A DNA stretch of 59,065 nt, taken from positions 186,001 through 245,065 of the forward strand of contig NOWV01000114.1 in the NCBI GenBank assembly GCA_003344405.1, written 5' to 3'. The notes under the pieces are model-generated. The model was not told the origin of the DNA, did not search any database, and worked only from the letters and a program-made list of their open reading frames with translations. Source of the stretch: Trichoplax sp. H2 (Eukaryota). Position 1 is the stretch's first letter, and every line of letters starts with the position of its first letter. Both the position numbers and the translations under genes were made by a program. Shown one piece after another: positions 33,069-48,031 of this stretch.

Positions 33069-36000
33069 ATGGCCTCCAAACTATGCACTTATTGTACAGT
33101 GAAGGAAGGTATATATAGATGCCCCAAGTGCAATGCCAGATAGTAAGTTGAATAGTATACTAGAGGTAACTACGGATTTTTAGCGAGTCGTGATTACTAT
33201 GATGTGTTCAGCGTGGTTATGTAGTTTCAAAATTTGTTAGAGAACTGCTATACACGTTCTGTACATACTACGTTCACAGTCTTCTTCGAGTTCATGAAGA
33301 CTAGATTTAAGATATGCATAAGGTGAAGACATAGCACACTATGCTTTTCTTATACTACACATACTGTAACTTAAATGAATTGCTCATTACTGTGCTCTAT
33401 AATATTAGCAAATTTACTGTTAGTATGCTGCAGAATTACGATGCTGACATCGTACCGTGTACGCTCGTTGAGTATAATAAACTGATTCTGTAAATTGTAA
33501 AACTCTAATGGCAGAGAAAGATTTCCCCTTACCTGCATGGTAAAACTTAAACAATGTACGTTACGTAAAACCGCAGATTTCAGTCGCTGCACACCAGCAT
33601 TCCTAAGGTCTTTAGCTACCAGTCTCGTGTGCTGGGGCTATGAACTTGCTTTTACAGAATCTCAACAAATGACCTTTGATGGTTTTCTGGGATTGTTCTG
33701 TTGTGCGCTATCGACAACTACATAATGTTTCTATAAATAATTAATTAGTTTCTGTTAAAGATCGTCATTTTACTATACAGTGCTATTGCAAATTGAAATA
33801 CGTAGCGAGAAAATTAAATTACTTTTAGGTAATATGCTGTATGAACCTATTGTCGGGACTGTCCTCTACGACGTCTACATCGTCAAGTTACAGAAAATTA
33901 CACACGTCTCTCCTATATTAAACTGTGAACTCAAACTTTTTTGAAATTCCAATTTGTAACGAATCTGCTTACTGTTAGGTAGCGTTACAGAAGTATGTGA
34001 TTGTCCATTATAACTTACAGTACTGTGCACTAACAGTCAGTTAGCTTAAGGAAATTTGTATTACGGCTACTACGCAAGAGTTCCTTCGTAATCCCAGCTC
34101 CATGACGAACGTCTTCAACTTTCATTGATGTATTGGATATAGGTCATAAAATAATATGCAGATAATGTCTTGAATAATTAATTTACTTATGACATTGATG
34201 CGTATTAAATATTTTGACAGAGTTACAAATTCGATGATGTATATGAAATTCATATACAACATTCAATTTGCAACTCTGTTTACTTGTGATTGGCCCTACT
34301 GTATAATATATATCATATTAGTGAGTTTAAGACCATAAAGATTACAAAGGCGACTTAGCAGGGCTATTTCAGCTAAATACTGCTTGTGCGCCTGGTCTTG
34401 GCTGCCACTTTGCAGTGGAGAGTATAAGGTACAGCGTACGTACAGATATAGCAGACAGTGCAAAGGGTATGTTATTGCAGGCCTTAGTTTCAGTGAAAGA
34501 TTGCAGATCGAGTGCGCTCGCTTCAAGCAAGTGAGCTCAACTAGTAATTTATAATTATAATGAAATTCAATTATTGGTCAGACATCACAATTAAAATTAC
34601 TGAAATCCAAACTTGCTTATCTCACCGTAAATGCGTAGCACGTATCTATATAGTATTTATTATTTATTTATGTAGCTCTAAGACCACTTATTTTTGAATC
34701 GAACTAAATGCTGAAAAAATAACTTATTTATTTACGTTTTCATAGCTGCTCTCTATATTGCTACAAAGAGCATAAAGGTAAGCCTATGTGACTGATTTGG
34801 TAAATAATGGCAGGGTGAGATCCGTATGTCTGGTAATTACTGTAATACTTTTTACTTTTTAAAACGCTGTGGACAGTGTACAGCAAATGTTAACGCACAT
34901 CATAAAGTGCATAGAGAACGTGCTCTTATAGTGCCTCTTAATCGTAGTTTGATATGTTGGCTAATGATCGTAAAGAGCTTCTTGGGTGAGCAATGTAGAG
35001 CATTTTTCTACAGTATTTAATGTATTTTTCGTCAGTTAATTATGGTTTTCAGCTGCAATGGCAAGTACGTTATGTAGTACTGTTACTGGGATTTTGTAGT
35101 GTCGGAGAAACTTTCGGTTTCGTTAATTATGTACTAGTAATTATAATCAGTTAGTATACTGTACAAATGTACATATGCGTACGTACTAATTTGCGAAATT
35201 GGAAATTTTACTCTGTTATAATTATTATTACATGTAGTTACATCGTGATACTTCACATAAGTGAACAGAACCAGAACTAACTGGTATTATCAACAATATG
35301 ATTTTCTGTTTACAGCATTTGAAGTACATAATATAGAGTTAGATGAGTAGACGTAACCATCTTATATATATGATCTTTTGTACACTTCGTTGAAACAATC
35401 CTGATCAACTGACGCGTGATGTTCCCGTGTGCGAGTTTCATAAAAAAATTTAAATAATGCTATTTTAAAATGGGTTTGCGCTGCTGGAAGATTACATTAT
35501 TTTTAATTGTTTCATAGACCTGTCACCTGTCCATAATGATATGATACGCCAATAGGGTAGTTTCAGCGAAGTGTACAAAAGTCCTTGTTAATTAAGATGG
35601 CTGTGTCTCATTAATAAGAATTTTCGTTTAAAGCTGAAAGTCTCACTTGAGTGTTGTACTTATACGCTCGTATGTGTAGATTCGAAAGTTATAACAATTG
35701 TTTGTGACACAGTCGTCACGTTATTTTGTTATTATTTAATTGATCATAATAAATCTTTAAGCGAAATGTACTATTTTTTTCTTAAAAATATTTTCGAAAT
35801 CTCGTTGCTTCTATAGATAGATGTAGTAAGGAAACTAGTCAGCTTTATAGCAGACGTGATAACTGGGATGAATATTACTCAACAGGTATAAATGCTGCAG
35901 ATTTTTTGTATGAAATCTAGTATATATTCTTTACATGATATCTTGTTATATTATGTTAATGAATGATTTATAATGGCTTAATTGAATACCGAAAGCTAAT

Positions 36001-37301
36001 TTGTGTTATAAAGAAATGAGAGGACTATCTTACGGAAAGGAAGAAGGGGAAATTTCTGATAATGGAGATGATTTAAGTTGTCACTCCTGCATTACAGCAG
36101 AGCAGTTGCAATGTATAGGTATGTATACATTAAATTTGATTGTAGTAATTTCGCCTACAGTGTTGTAGTGGTAGTAGCACTCGTAAACTTCGTATGGTTC
36201 GTTCTATTCCTATTCATTGACGAATTTAGGGTCGTTATCTTTCTATCCTTTTTTGCCACCACACTCATGCTGCAACCGATGAAAACCGAAATACATTTAA
36301 ATAAATATAGAGCAATTTGTATTGACTCTATAGGTTTTCTTACTGTTGTGCCCTTGAAAAATGCATCTCTGCTTGAGTTATTTCTCTGTAGCTTTGTCGT
36401 TAGAGTTGACAATGAGTAATATTCTTGATTTAGTTCTTATTCAAAGTGGAACATTCAGTTCGATATTGATAGCTATAAAGAATGCTTCTTCGTCGTCGAT
36501 GTAGGATACCTTAAGAGAAATATAAAGAAAACAGATAAAAGCTATTTAAATTAATTCTCTATACAGTATTCAGTGTATTTTGGTTCAACTGTAGTTTTGG
36601 TCATTGTAGTTAGTAGAAGGTGTCCTCTAGGAATCTGCTTTGTTACAGTTGCTACACTATTGAACGCAGGAATAAGATATATGTGTTAGATTTTGCATTC
36701 TCTAAAAATCCTAAAATATTTCATTTTAGTGTTTTGTATGTTTGTGCAGTTTATACGTATGTTGATAAGAAATTATATTAATATCGTGCCTTATTTATGT
36801 TCTGTGTATCATAGTAACGTGCTAAAATATCTCAGTAAATGAAAATATATGTATCTGCCTGATCTTGTTACTGAGTGAATAGATGAGGTTTACAGTAACT
36901 TATCAGGTGGCGAGTGCCTTACTTCTGTACATTTATTGTATTAGTATACATTAATTTATTAAAACGGAGCCTAATAGGAAACTGGTTTTTAATTTATATT
37001 ATGCTTCTAGATAATTGATAATCTAAGTAGACGTGGTGTGTGAGGCAATACAGTATATTGTCGAAAGTCCAATATAATTTTTCCAGTATATTCGTAAATT
37101 CTTACATGTAATGCTAATCTTTCATATTTTGTAGGGAGCAGTGAGTCTATGGTCGAATTATTAAAGAACAAACATCTTAGACAAATGTTAAACGATATTA
37201 ATACAGCAGTTAATCCTGATGAAGCTTTAGCAAAAGCCATGAACATACCAATTTTTGAGGAGTTGGCTTGCGAATGTCTTTGTATAATTGCAAATGATTG
37301 A
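33069..37301 (+). CDS. ZNHIT3: Zinc finger HIT domain protein 3 (box C/D snoRNP assembly factor), 5 exons, ~148 aa
   Basis: Exons 33069-33142, 34746-34777, 35817-35885, 36014-36118, 37135-37301. zf-HIT CTYC...YRCPKCNARYCSLYCYKEHKDRC and C-terminal LLKNKHLRQMLNDIN...AMNIPIFEELACECL. Not in the supplied ORF track. Confidence 0.88.
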
Positions 37302-37789
37302 TTCTTATGATTTTTCAGTATTTATGTTTCACAAACTGCTGCTTCTCAATGTTGGTTTATGTAACGGCATGATTTGCAGATAGTCCATGGTCGAGTTGTT
37401 TTATATGGATAGGAATGCGTTTGCTATTGAAGAAAGATATGATCTTTGAGATTAAAAATGTCGGTCATTACAGTAGAATATAAATGACTACGTCAGATTG
37501 CCAAAATTATTTGGTGTGAATAACTTCTACATATTCTTATACTGTACAATGGTACATTGCCTATTTTATTGTTATTATTTAATAAAACTTTAGGCCTTTT
37601 ATTTATAAGAGAGGTGTTGTTGGATTTAGCATGGATATCAAAGCCATCACAAGTTACATAAATTCTATAACATTGTAGAACGTTAGTTACGATGGAAAAG
37701 AAACGTGCTACTGACAATATTCTCCTAATCTTTAACAACTGTAGACTTTCTAAGCGCGATAAACTTAAATCTGTGATTTTTACAAATGT

Positions 37790-38616
37790 GTACTATACCG
37801 TACACTATACAGTACAGTACGATACACTCCTCTTTCTACAGTATTTGCTTCTAACAAAGAGAACTTAAGAGGTTGTCACGGTCCTTGTAAGGATTCGGGC
37901 ATTCTACAGTATACAGTATACTGTACAGTATATGAATCTCATCGGAGTAGCCGATGTACTGTACTGTACAGTGTACAGTACAGTACTGTAGATATGGTCT
38001 CAAAATCACACTTACAATACATACAGTACAGTACAGTACTGTACTTTACAGATTGAATGGTACTGTACAGTACAGTATACAGTATATACGTACAGTATAC
38101 AGTACAGTATACTGTACTGTACATTTAGAGGTCTTCATGTTCTGATACTGGAGGGTACGGGAAAATACGAATTCAGCAACAGTACTGTATAGTACAGTAC
38201 TGTACTGTACTGTGCAGTGTACAGTAGTGTAACAGCTAGATTATACTGTATACTGTAGTTTATACTGCAGTAATCAGTAGACAAAGATAGAGGGAACATT
38301 AGCAGATATGGGCGAAGACGAAATTGTTCCAGGTATAGATAAGAAATTAATCGAAGAATTTAAGAGAGATTTCGAAGGCGATGCTAAAAATTTAATTGCA
38401 AGAAACGTCATCACGCGCCATGGTCTTTCTGAGACATATCTTGATCGGGCTATTGTAAATGCGACTTCCCATGTCTTTCAATACAAAGTTTCAGAAGCCA
38501 AACCAATAACGTGAGTATACGGCTGTAGTGTACACTGTGCAGTATAGTACTGTATATCCACATAGCCACATGCTGTACTGTACACTACATTGTACAGTAT
38601 ATTGTGTACAGTACAG
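37790..38616. repeat. TACAG/CTGTA arrays flanking BLMH exon 1 (37790-38280 and 38523-38616)
   Basis: Dense tacagtacag/tactgtac runs upstream of the ATG and at the start of intron 1. Confidence 0.8.
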
Positions 38617-41600
38617 CATGAGTTGAACGGTTTATTTTTACAATTATAAAATAAAATAAAATATAAAATAAAATTGATCTGAAGATAAGATTTTAATTAT
38701 TAATTTCAATTTTAGAAATAATATCAATCAGTCAATCAAAAATATTCAAAATACGTTAGCTGCGGCAGCAAATTAATTTATCTTAAGTATTTACTCGCTT
38801 TCGTGAATGATTGCCATTACATTGAGAAATACTTTTGTCCAGTAAAATACGTACCTGACGATTCTTTTTCAGTCAAGCTGTCCTTCTAGTTCCTTCGATT
38901 ATTTTATTATAGTTATTAACTAGTTGTACCATTATCAGTAAGGTTAATGATTTTTTTACAGTTCCTTAATTTAGCCGTACTTACAGTCGATGCTTAATAG
39001 GCCGTATATGTACTGACATACAACATAGAAATTCATTACTTTAATTATAATTCGAAGAAATCACTTTAGTTGAACCGAAACCACAATATATTTTTACTTC
39101 CCGACAGTACGGGGGCAAGCATTTCGACCATAAACCGTCTACATTATTATAGCTTGGAGTTCAAAATGGGAAGTCATCCCTGCTGCTGCAGGGCTGTCAT
39201 AGATTATACGAATTATTATTAAATAACCAGCAGTTTAGTAATTTATACTGTACTATAACTGCCGTTAAGCGATAAGGGATTGGAAATATAATTTTTGACC
39301 AAGTACTATCTCGTACATTATTAAACTACAAAGGTTACATTTTACCGATGCGTGATACCTTCATGAAAAAATTTGTTGTATTTCGCTTTTCGACCGTTTC
39401 TGCTCACACGATACATTTATGCAAGTGCATACGCGTACATCATCTATACTGTACTATAATAAAATTTTACAGTTGAAAATATGCTTTGCCTCGTTCACTT
39501 TACAGAGTTTAGCAATGCAGGCACAGTAATTTGTAGATTTTGTATATAATAATATACGTATAAATCACACCACAACGGGCATAATATGATCAGAACCTGT
39601 GCACAAGTAAAGTGCTGTATAGTTAACAAATATGCAAATTATCACAAGCAGTGGGTTACCAATAATTAAGAATAATATGCAGTTAAGATGCGTATACTGA
39701 GAAGTCGGATCAATCATTAGGGTTAGGGTTCGGCGCTAAAGCATATTCTTAGTGCTTTCTAAAATTGTACTAATTACTGTAAACTAACCGGAACTAATTT
39801 TTTTAATACAGGTGTAATAATTAATTAATTGCCTGCTAGCGAAACCCGTGGAAATTCCACGCAATACAGTACTTGTATAGTGTGATTTTAAGCTAATAAA
39901 GTACTGCATGGGGTTTTATTAAAAATTAATTAGTTATAATAATAGATGAAATACTTAAGGACAGAATTTCAGAATTTTTGATATTGGATAAATTAGCTCG
40001 GCCTTCCCATGAGTTTATCACTCTGCTGATTTAGATTTTGCTATTTAGTGGTGCAACATAATAGAAGTACTACTGTACACTCAGTGTACAGTATATTACA
40101 GCACTATAAGCGTATACGTACTGTACATATCTATTGCATTGTTCTAGTGACAATATAACACTGAGCATGTAAAATAGAATCATAGAATATAAATGAGGAT
40201 AATTTGATGATAATTATAATGTGAAGCACTGTAGTTGCAGACTACGCGTACACTACTAAGTTCGATGCAACGATCAAGATCCATCCTGCAGTTGTGCGGC
40301 TGTAATAAAGCTTATTCTAATTCTGAATCATCTCGGCATCTTGTCTGATCGTTGTTGCATTTAGTTTTAGATCTACTATATGACTGTGCACATTGCAGTT
40401 CGGTTCGTTGAAACCTGGCTTGTGCTTCTAGTGTACCCAGTTAAATTTACTTGATTAATATACTCCTAAAACGTTGCAATATGCATTGTACTTGCGGATT
40501 AATATGCTCGTATATGCATGTATGAGTCGGCTTTTCATTATTTTCGTGATAAATATTTATCATCATCTGTGCCACAAGTTAACATTTGTTACTAGTATAT
40601 AATACTTATATAAAATTAGTGTCGTCGGCGCTTATACTGTCGACTTATAAACGATGTTTGTTACAACGACTTACCAGTAGCTTATCAACATCTGTATGTA
40701 TACTATTATATACTATACTGTACTGCACATACTGGTGTATGTAAGCTAAAAAACTACATCAAATTGATATATTATCTATAACTTGCAAGTTGCAACATTG
40801 TGGAAAATTTAAAACGGAGTAAAGTGAATTTGTGAGATCTGATGCAATATATGAGTCGCATATACAGTATGTTAACCGTACTGTATACATCGTAACTCAG
40901 GCACTTAGGCAAGTGTGGGTAATCAATTAAAAAGCAGAGTGTAATGAGATTATACTGCGTAGCACAAATAGAATCAAATTATATTTAGAGTCATACTAGA
41001 GGTGCGATCAATATTACGATAATTTTCGAACGTATCCTTGATTGTAAGATATTATAACTATGTAATAGTAGTACTATAGCAGTAAGTTAATTATATTAGG
41101 TGAAATATCAGTCACAGCGCAGTACGCGTATAAGGTAATCTCTAATAGATTGATAGATGATTACATTAAGTGGGCTATTTAACTAATATTGCATTTATGA
41201 TGACTTTTATCGGCAGTAATCAACTTAGTAGTGGACGCTGTTGGTTGTTTGCATGTTTAAATGCCATACGTATTCCGTTTATTCGATTTCATAAATTGGA
41301 AGAATTTGAATTCAGTCAATCTTACTTGTTTTTCTGGGATAAAGTTGAGCGATGTAATTACTTCCTCGATGTATTTGAGGAGGTTGCGAGAAAGAAAGAA
41401 GCAGTTGATGGACGCCTCATGATGTTTTTACTATCAAATCCAGTTAATGATGGTGGTCAGTGGGATATGCTTGTTAATTTGATTAAAAAGTATGGGCTAA
41501 TACCTAAGAAGTGTTGGAAAGAAAGTAGCTGCTCTGAAGCATCTCGTGATTTCAACAGAATATTGAATTACAAGGTACTGCTATGCATATCTGGCATACG

Positions 41601-44600
41601 ACATCTTACTTCATTTATGTTATAGTAAACTTTTCGTTGCAATATAGACATACATATTTTATAGCCTCTTTAGAGTGAAAGTCTGCGATGTCGCTACGTA
41701 TTTGTAATATAATCTAATCCTTAATTAACAGTCGAATTCAGTCATCTTATTAACGTGTTTAGTTTTACAGTATGATTTATATATGATTTCCTTTTCATCA
41801 ACTAGCTTAACTATTCATCGCTTAGGTATATACTGTACCGTAAGAGTCCCTATTAAATGTATCTAATATGTACAGTACTTAATAAGGTTATATACTGTAT
41901 ATTATGTATACCAGCATATAAATTAGAGATTAGAATATTGAGAGTAAGTTATGAACTGTGAGACAGAAAAATGCTTAGCTGTTTTCTGTCAGAATTAAAC
42001 GGATCATAGTAGTATGCATATCCACGTAGATATAAGTTAATGTAGATTTGTGAAATACGTATGAATTCATGTTGAGGTAGAGAGCACTTGAAAGAAATTG
42101 ACTACTGTAGTCTCAGTTACAGGTGAGATTATTGTTTATAGTTCTGTTCAGCACCAATACCGCAGCCGTGTTGAAGTACACGGTATAGAATCTAGAAAAC
42201 TGTAATATTTACTGTTCGTTATCATTATGAAGTGTTGCATTACTGTAGCATTCTATGTACAAAATACCTTAGTGGTACAAGTATGAAAATGGCTACTTTG
42301 TGATTATCAGATCCATGAGTGAGGAAAATCATCGACACAAGTATCTTTTCGGTTGTAGGAGTCATATCATTGCTTCTACTTTTAGCTTAGAGAATGTGCT
42401 TACCGTATCCGGACTTTGGTATTAGATACAAACGCTAACAAAGAAGAATTGCAGAAAGAAAAAGATACTATGATGAAGGAGGTACTATAAATAGAATTAT
42501 TATTCTGCAAGTATTGTACATATTTTATGTAAATGTAAATGTAAGACTTTCATGCATATTCAGGATAACATTGCAGTTCGGTAATTGTATTTGATTGCCT
42601 CGATAGATTTCTTATCATAGGTGTTTACTGTCGGATATAATGTATGGTACAAAGTAGCTGTATGTTTTTCTGTACAGTTAATACCTTTTCTGATATGTTC
42701 ATACGCTTCGTTATAACAACTTTTTCTAAAATATTGAATTGTAATTATTACTTTACGATCTACGGTATATGTACAGAAATATTCTTGTCTTTTAGCCGAT
42801 TTCCGCCCAGCTGTACTCTTAAGATAAAACATGCCATAAAAATATTAGAATTGTACTGATTGTTGCTTATCGTTTTGGAAATTTTTAATTGTACATTACG
42901 GAATCATTATAGGCGTTATGTTTGCGGAAATATTGAGTATAGCGTTTAATCCACACACTATTACACTATTAGTACTCTGTATGAGTAAACGAAGTGAATG
43001 GGCACTCTGCTAGCATATACAGTATACTGTATACGTTAAGGGTTCATATTTTTGTCACGATGAAATATATAAATGAATCCATATTTTGGATTATATCATC
43101 GTGCAAGATAGGTCTAACTGTACAGTGCGGTATTTTTGATTGCGGAATACGGTTCGGTGCATACAGTAAAGACATTTGACGTAATGCCGAGCTATACCTG
43201 CACACAATGCCAAGTATATATGACTATAGAATGGCGAAATTTACCATGTTTATTATAAATTGTATTATTCTACTGGATTAGTCATTGGATACGTTTAAAA
43301 CGAGAATTGGCTATTTATTGATTATGAAGTTAAGATAAGATTTTATCCGTGGTCTAGATATTTGGTGTTTGTTGTATATGTCTTGGTAGTCCTCCGAGCT
43401 CATTTACTTGGGAATATTACGATAAACTGAAACAGTTCAACACGGTTTCGGATATTTCTCCTCAGTTATTCTACCAGAAATACGTAAAGCCTGTTTTTAA
43501 TATGGACGACAAAGTAATGTTATTAGTATATGCTATATATATCTTAACAGTAAATAATAAGGGACTTTTGTGGATATTATTTTAAAATTTTATTTTTACG
43601 ATATGTATGAAATCATTAAGAGCTAACACATTATTTTAGATCTGCCTCGTAAATGATCCCAGAAATCCGTATGGACAGCTTTATACTGTGGAGTATTTAA
43701 ATAATATGTCGAATGGACGAATAACCCTGTATAATAATCAACCAATGGATGTTATAAAGAAACTTGCAAGCACAGCGATAAGGGATGGAGAGGTAATAGA
43801 AGTTTCTACATCAACTTTTTTGGATGGTTTATTAGGATATTTATAATTTATACATGAAGAAATCACCATAGTTCCATAGCTCTTAGTAAAGAAATTTTGC
43901 TGTCAATGCATTATATTTGTACAACGCTAATAACTCCAGGAAGATGACGATAGCAGTAATTTGTGTGTATTGAAACGTATATTGTAGGTACTTTATTCAT
44001 TTACAGATTGTAGTATAGATTTCGTAATACTTAGTAAGCTGTGTGAATTAATCTTATATCATATTACTGTAATCTTTCGCTGATTTATTGTGTTATTACA
44101 AGGTGGGAAACTATATCTTTTAAGGCGAGTTATATTTTTGTAAACAATTTAATGATCATTTCGAAATTCTGTAGCCAGTCTGGTTCGGTTGCGACGTTGG
44201 GAAGCACTTTGTTAGAAAGTTGGGACTGCTAGATTTAAAGTGGTATGGCGCACACTCATAGAAATTTTTATGCTTAAGATTACAGTAATCATAATTTATA
44301 ATATGTAGAAGGTTAATATGTTATCATGACAGTATAAAAGTGAAAAATAGATTGCATGGGTTTGCGTACTAATGATTGTATTGTAAACTGTCCTATATCT
44401 ATATTACAGCCATCAGCATGACCTTGTTTTCGGCTTTTCATCTTTAAATTTGGATAAGAAAAGTAGACTCTTGTATGGAGAGTCCTTAATGACTCATGCT
44501 ATGTTGCTTACTGGCGTTAGCTTTGAAATGGTAGGATTTGAATTGGGGCCGGGAAATAATTATATTCTGACCCGATAGGTTTTAATCTTATTCTATTATA

Positions 44601-44939
44601 AAAATTTTCATTTCTACATGACACCTGTATGATACGTAAATCTTAATTTTTTAATGTTAAGCTTGTATTGATAATTAATTGTCGTTGTAGAAAGATGGAA
44701 CAAACCTGAATGAGATAGAAAGGCGATCAGAATGGCAGCCATCTAAATGGCGTGTGGAGAATTCATGGGGTGACTCTTCGGGAGAGAAAGGATATCTGGT
44801 TATGACCGATGATTGGTTTTCCGAGTTTGTTTTTGAAGTAGTCGTTGATAAGAAACATATTCCAAAAGACATCTTGACTATTTTAGAACAGAAACCGATA
44901 GTTCTTCCTGCCTGGGATCCAATGGGAGCTCTAGCTTAG
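38308..44939 (+). CDS. BLMH: Bleomycin hydrolase (C1B cysteine aminopeptidase), 8 exons, ~467 aa
   Basis: Exons 38308-38510, 41217-41574, 42386-42481, 43358-43513, 43640-43792, 44175-44242, 44410-44530, 44691-44939 (1404 nt). Catalytic motifs NQLSSGRCW (Cys), SLMTHAM (His), WRVENSWG (Asn), and the conserved C-terminus WDPMGALA. Confidence 0.96.
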
Positions 44940-47229
44940 TTGAACGCTCAGCTTCCTTTGAAAATTTAAAAGGATGTATTTCAATTCTTACCTCTATTTC
45001 TAAACTAAGATACAGTAGTATTGTACTTCATAACCGCCAGACATGTATCCGATGTGGGGTATCTATACGCTTTGTGATACTTGGCGAAGTAAAACTTTGC
45101 TTTCTTACGTAAATTTAAGTTTTAGTTAAGGTTGATTTAAGTAGCCTATTGGATAACTGATGAGTGAATATTTACTCTAAAGTACACGATTGTGGATAGA
45201 TTCATTGTATGATTATGACTGGAATAAACATAACTATTTATGTTAATATGTCAGATTTATTCAAAGAATATGTGTTTGTGAATCAGGCGAATACATAATC
45301 AATACTAGAGTACTGTTGATCTAATTTGGTCATTTCCTGTAATAACTTAATACGCTTTGTTTATATAGTAATCTACACTTGCATAAAGCTGGGTCATGAT
45401 TTGTCTCTAGTTTCTTCAGCTACAATATGGTACGAAATTATATTGTCCTTAATTTTCGTAAGCTGCACTTGTGCACTGTACAGAATACTGTACTAGTATA
45501 GCAGTTACCCTTATGATACAATGCTAATGTTATGTTCATGTACACCATAGGCGTCAATATTTCCAGAACTAGCATTTTAAAATTATCTCTAGTGTATTCT
45601 TAGCATGCCACTAACGACTAGCTACGAGTTAATACAGTATACCTAGTCAAGGACTACTAGTAGTCCATGGCCTAGTACAACTGCGAACTGTAAACAGCTC
45701 TATCGTATTCATTAGTTAATTACTCAGAACTCTTCGTGTTAGTCTTGTTTCTTATATATCCATTAAGTAGAATATCCCACAGAGGTGCTTATGTTGGCTT
45801 ATAAACGTTAGACGCCATCTTGTAAAATATTTTTAAATCAGTTTAAAAAATAGTAAAAATCACACGTAATATACTTTGTAATAAAGTTCTCGAGCAAATA
45901 TTGAGACAGCGTATTTAGCAAAGTATAGAACTTTATTAAGACTTATAAAATATGACAGCAACGCTCATATATATAATCTATCATAGAATATTTTAGAACT
46001 TATTAGTAGTTATTATAATATACAGTACATAAAATGAGTATTCTAGAAGGTTCTACATGCATATGAGATTTGAATACGTGCGCATCTAAGACTGACCTTT
46101 ACGAAGTCACTCTATTAATACTATGACATAGTTGATAACCATAGTAGATTATTTAGTGAGATTACAATTTACGAATTATAAATGTCCAATAGTTCATACT
46201 GCACCATATTGGCTCCAACTGCCGACACTGTAATCGCCAGCTCTCCCTTAAAAACTCCCGGCTTTTATACCGTAGGTTGTTTACATAACATATAATCTAC
46301 AGTAAGCCTTCCTAACACTTCGAAGTCCTAATCATTGTGGTTCTTCACTTTGGTTCTAACATAAGTACTCTGAGTCATAATATAGGTACCGCACTAATCC
46401 TAGAACTTTCAAAACGTCATTTATCTACAAGTATTGGTAGAGTGAACGTTCCTTCTTTAGTAGCCTCTGGCATAAGTCTGTTGTGCAGACTGCATACTCA
46501 AAATCAGTATCAGAAAAATATCTCAAAAAAACGCATATCAGCGCATCTATGGCATCTACGTACAACTGAGCCCGTTGCATATCGTAGTGTACGAATTATC
46601 TGGATTCTACACTGCAGCAATCACTACCTTAGAGAAATCCCGAACGCAGGAACAAATCTATAGGCAAAAATACTGTAGGAATTTCATACTGAGCTATGTA
46701 AATTTCACCCATAATTATAATCGAAGGCATCGAGTAAGGGCATAAACACCCAGCTGCTCGTTTGAATGAGCGAGTGAGGGGGGATTTTTGACATACAGTA
46801 ACGTGATAAAATAATATAGTCTTTACCGCTAAAAACATCGCCAGTATTGAAATTTTGGACCGCTAGAAATACTGCAGACACAAAAATGTCAGCACTGAAG
46901 TGGGAGTATCTAGGCTTAAAAAATGTATATTGACCAAAAATTGCTACTATTATCTACAGCAGGGTTGTCAGTGCTGGTGTACTGTTATTATCAGTCTTTG
47001 GACTAGTACTCCTCAGAGTCTTTTCTGCTACAGGACCTTGTGCATCATACATACTTTCTATAGTTTAATTATGTATCTTAATTTTCTTCTCTAGACGAAT
47101 ATATAGAGGAACTTCCTGAGAATAGCGTTACAGCTTGAAATCGAAAATTCACTTAGACACTGTTGACTGCTTTATCGTTAAAAATATCATTTTATCATGA
47201 AAGCTTATTAAATCTATAAGTGCTAGCTA

Positions 47230-47327
47230 TTGTACTGTACAGTACAGTACTCATATTAAGAAATAATAAGTTTGGTTACGGCTACTGTACAGTACTGTAC
47301 AGTGTACAGTATAGTCTTAGTACTGTA
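47230..47327. repeat. Orphan TACAG/CTGTA array between the 3' ends of BLMH and CENPJ
   Basis: tgtactgtacagtacagtac and tactgtacagtactgtacagtgtacagt; no recognised gene start adjacent. Confidence 0.7.
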
Positions 47328-48031
47328 GGCATAATACAACTACGGTTCCGTAACAAAAAAGTACAGTAAACATAATTTTGTACAGGATCGATACAGGATA
47401 AAATATTATTAAAGAATCAATCATACCATATATTTTAAGGCTTGAGAGCCATAGGTTGATCAGGATATCATAAATTATAGAGCTTAATGAATTCTAAAAA
47501 ATGTCTCGCTAAGTCTTAATGTTTGATTTACAGGTTAAGTTATATTTATTTCGTCAACATACTCGGACAATATTTGATGGTTAGATATTTCACACAGTAT
47601 TGCATAGTTTATACAGCTGTTTATATTTCATTCGTCCAGGGAGGTAATTTGGTATACTCAAGTTCTCATAAGCAACAGTTAGTCCATTATAAGAGCAACT
47701 GTGTATGACAATGATATAATTGTGCTTTTAATACGTGATATAATATAAAATACTTTTGTAAATTAAATAACCTTACGATTAAACGATATGAAAGATCTGA
47801 TCTTTACATTCCGTTTTAGAGCAATGCTTATAAGAAAATTGTAATACGATATTACAAAAATCAATGAGTTTCGCGATTGTCTATCGTATGCAGATTCTTA
47901 GTGGTTTATTTAGGAAACAATATTTATCTTGCTTATCAGTTTACTAGCTTGTGTTCAATAGGAAATGGAAGCCGGTGGCATTGGTAATTACGTAATAAAG
48001 GATCGCAGAATAAGACTGTTGGCAATACTCG

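Noticed and set aside
34516-34524. GCTCGCTTC resembling the U6 snRNA 5' end
   Set aside because: Similarity stops after 9 nt; no ACAGAGA box or other U6 features follow.
39717-39730. TTAGGGTTAGGGTT telomere-like sequence in BLMH intron 1
   Set aside because: Only two units; too short to call an interstitial telomeric repeat.
39847-39861. Palindrome CGTGGAAATTCCACG resembling a Rel/NFAT site
   Set aside because: Single short motif in a long intron with no supporting context.
41032-41039. Perfect U12 donor-like GTATCCTT in BLMH intron 1 (also 24957-24964; GTATCCTA on minus near 36509)
   Set aside because: No upstream exon and no properly spaced CCTTAAC branch site/acceptor; flanking exons already join via GT-AG. 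Likely chance 8-mers.
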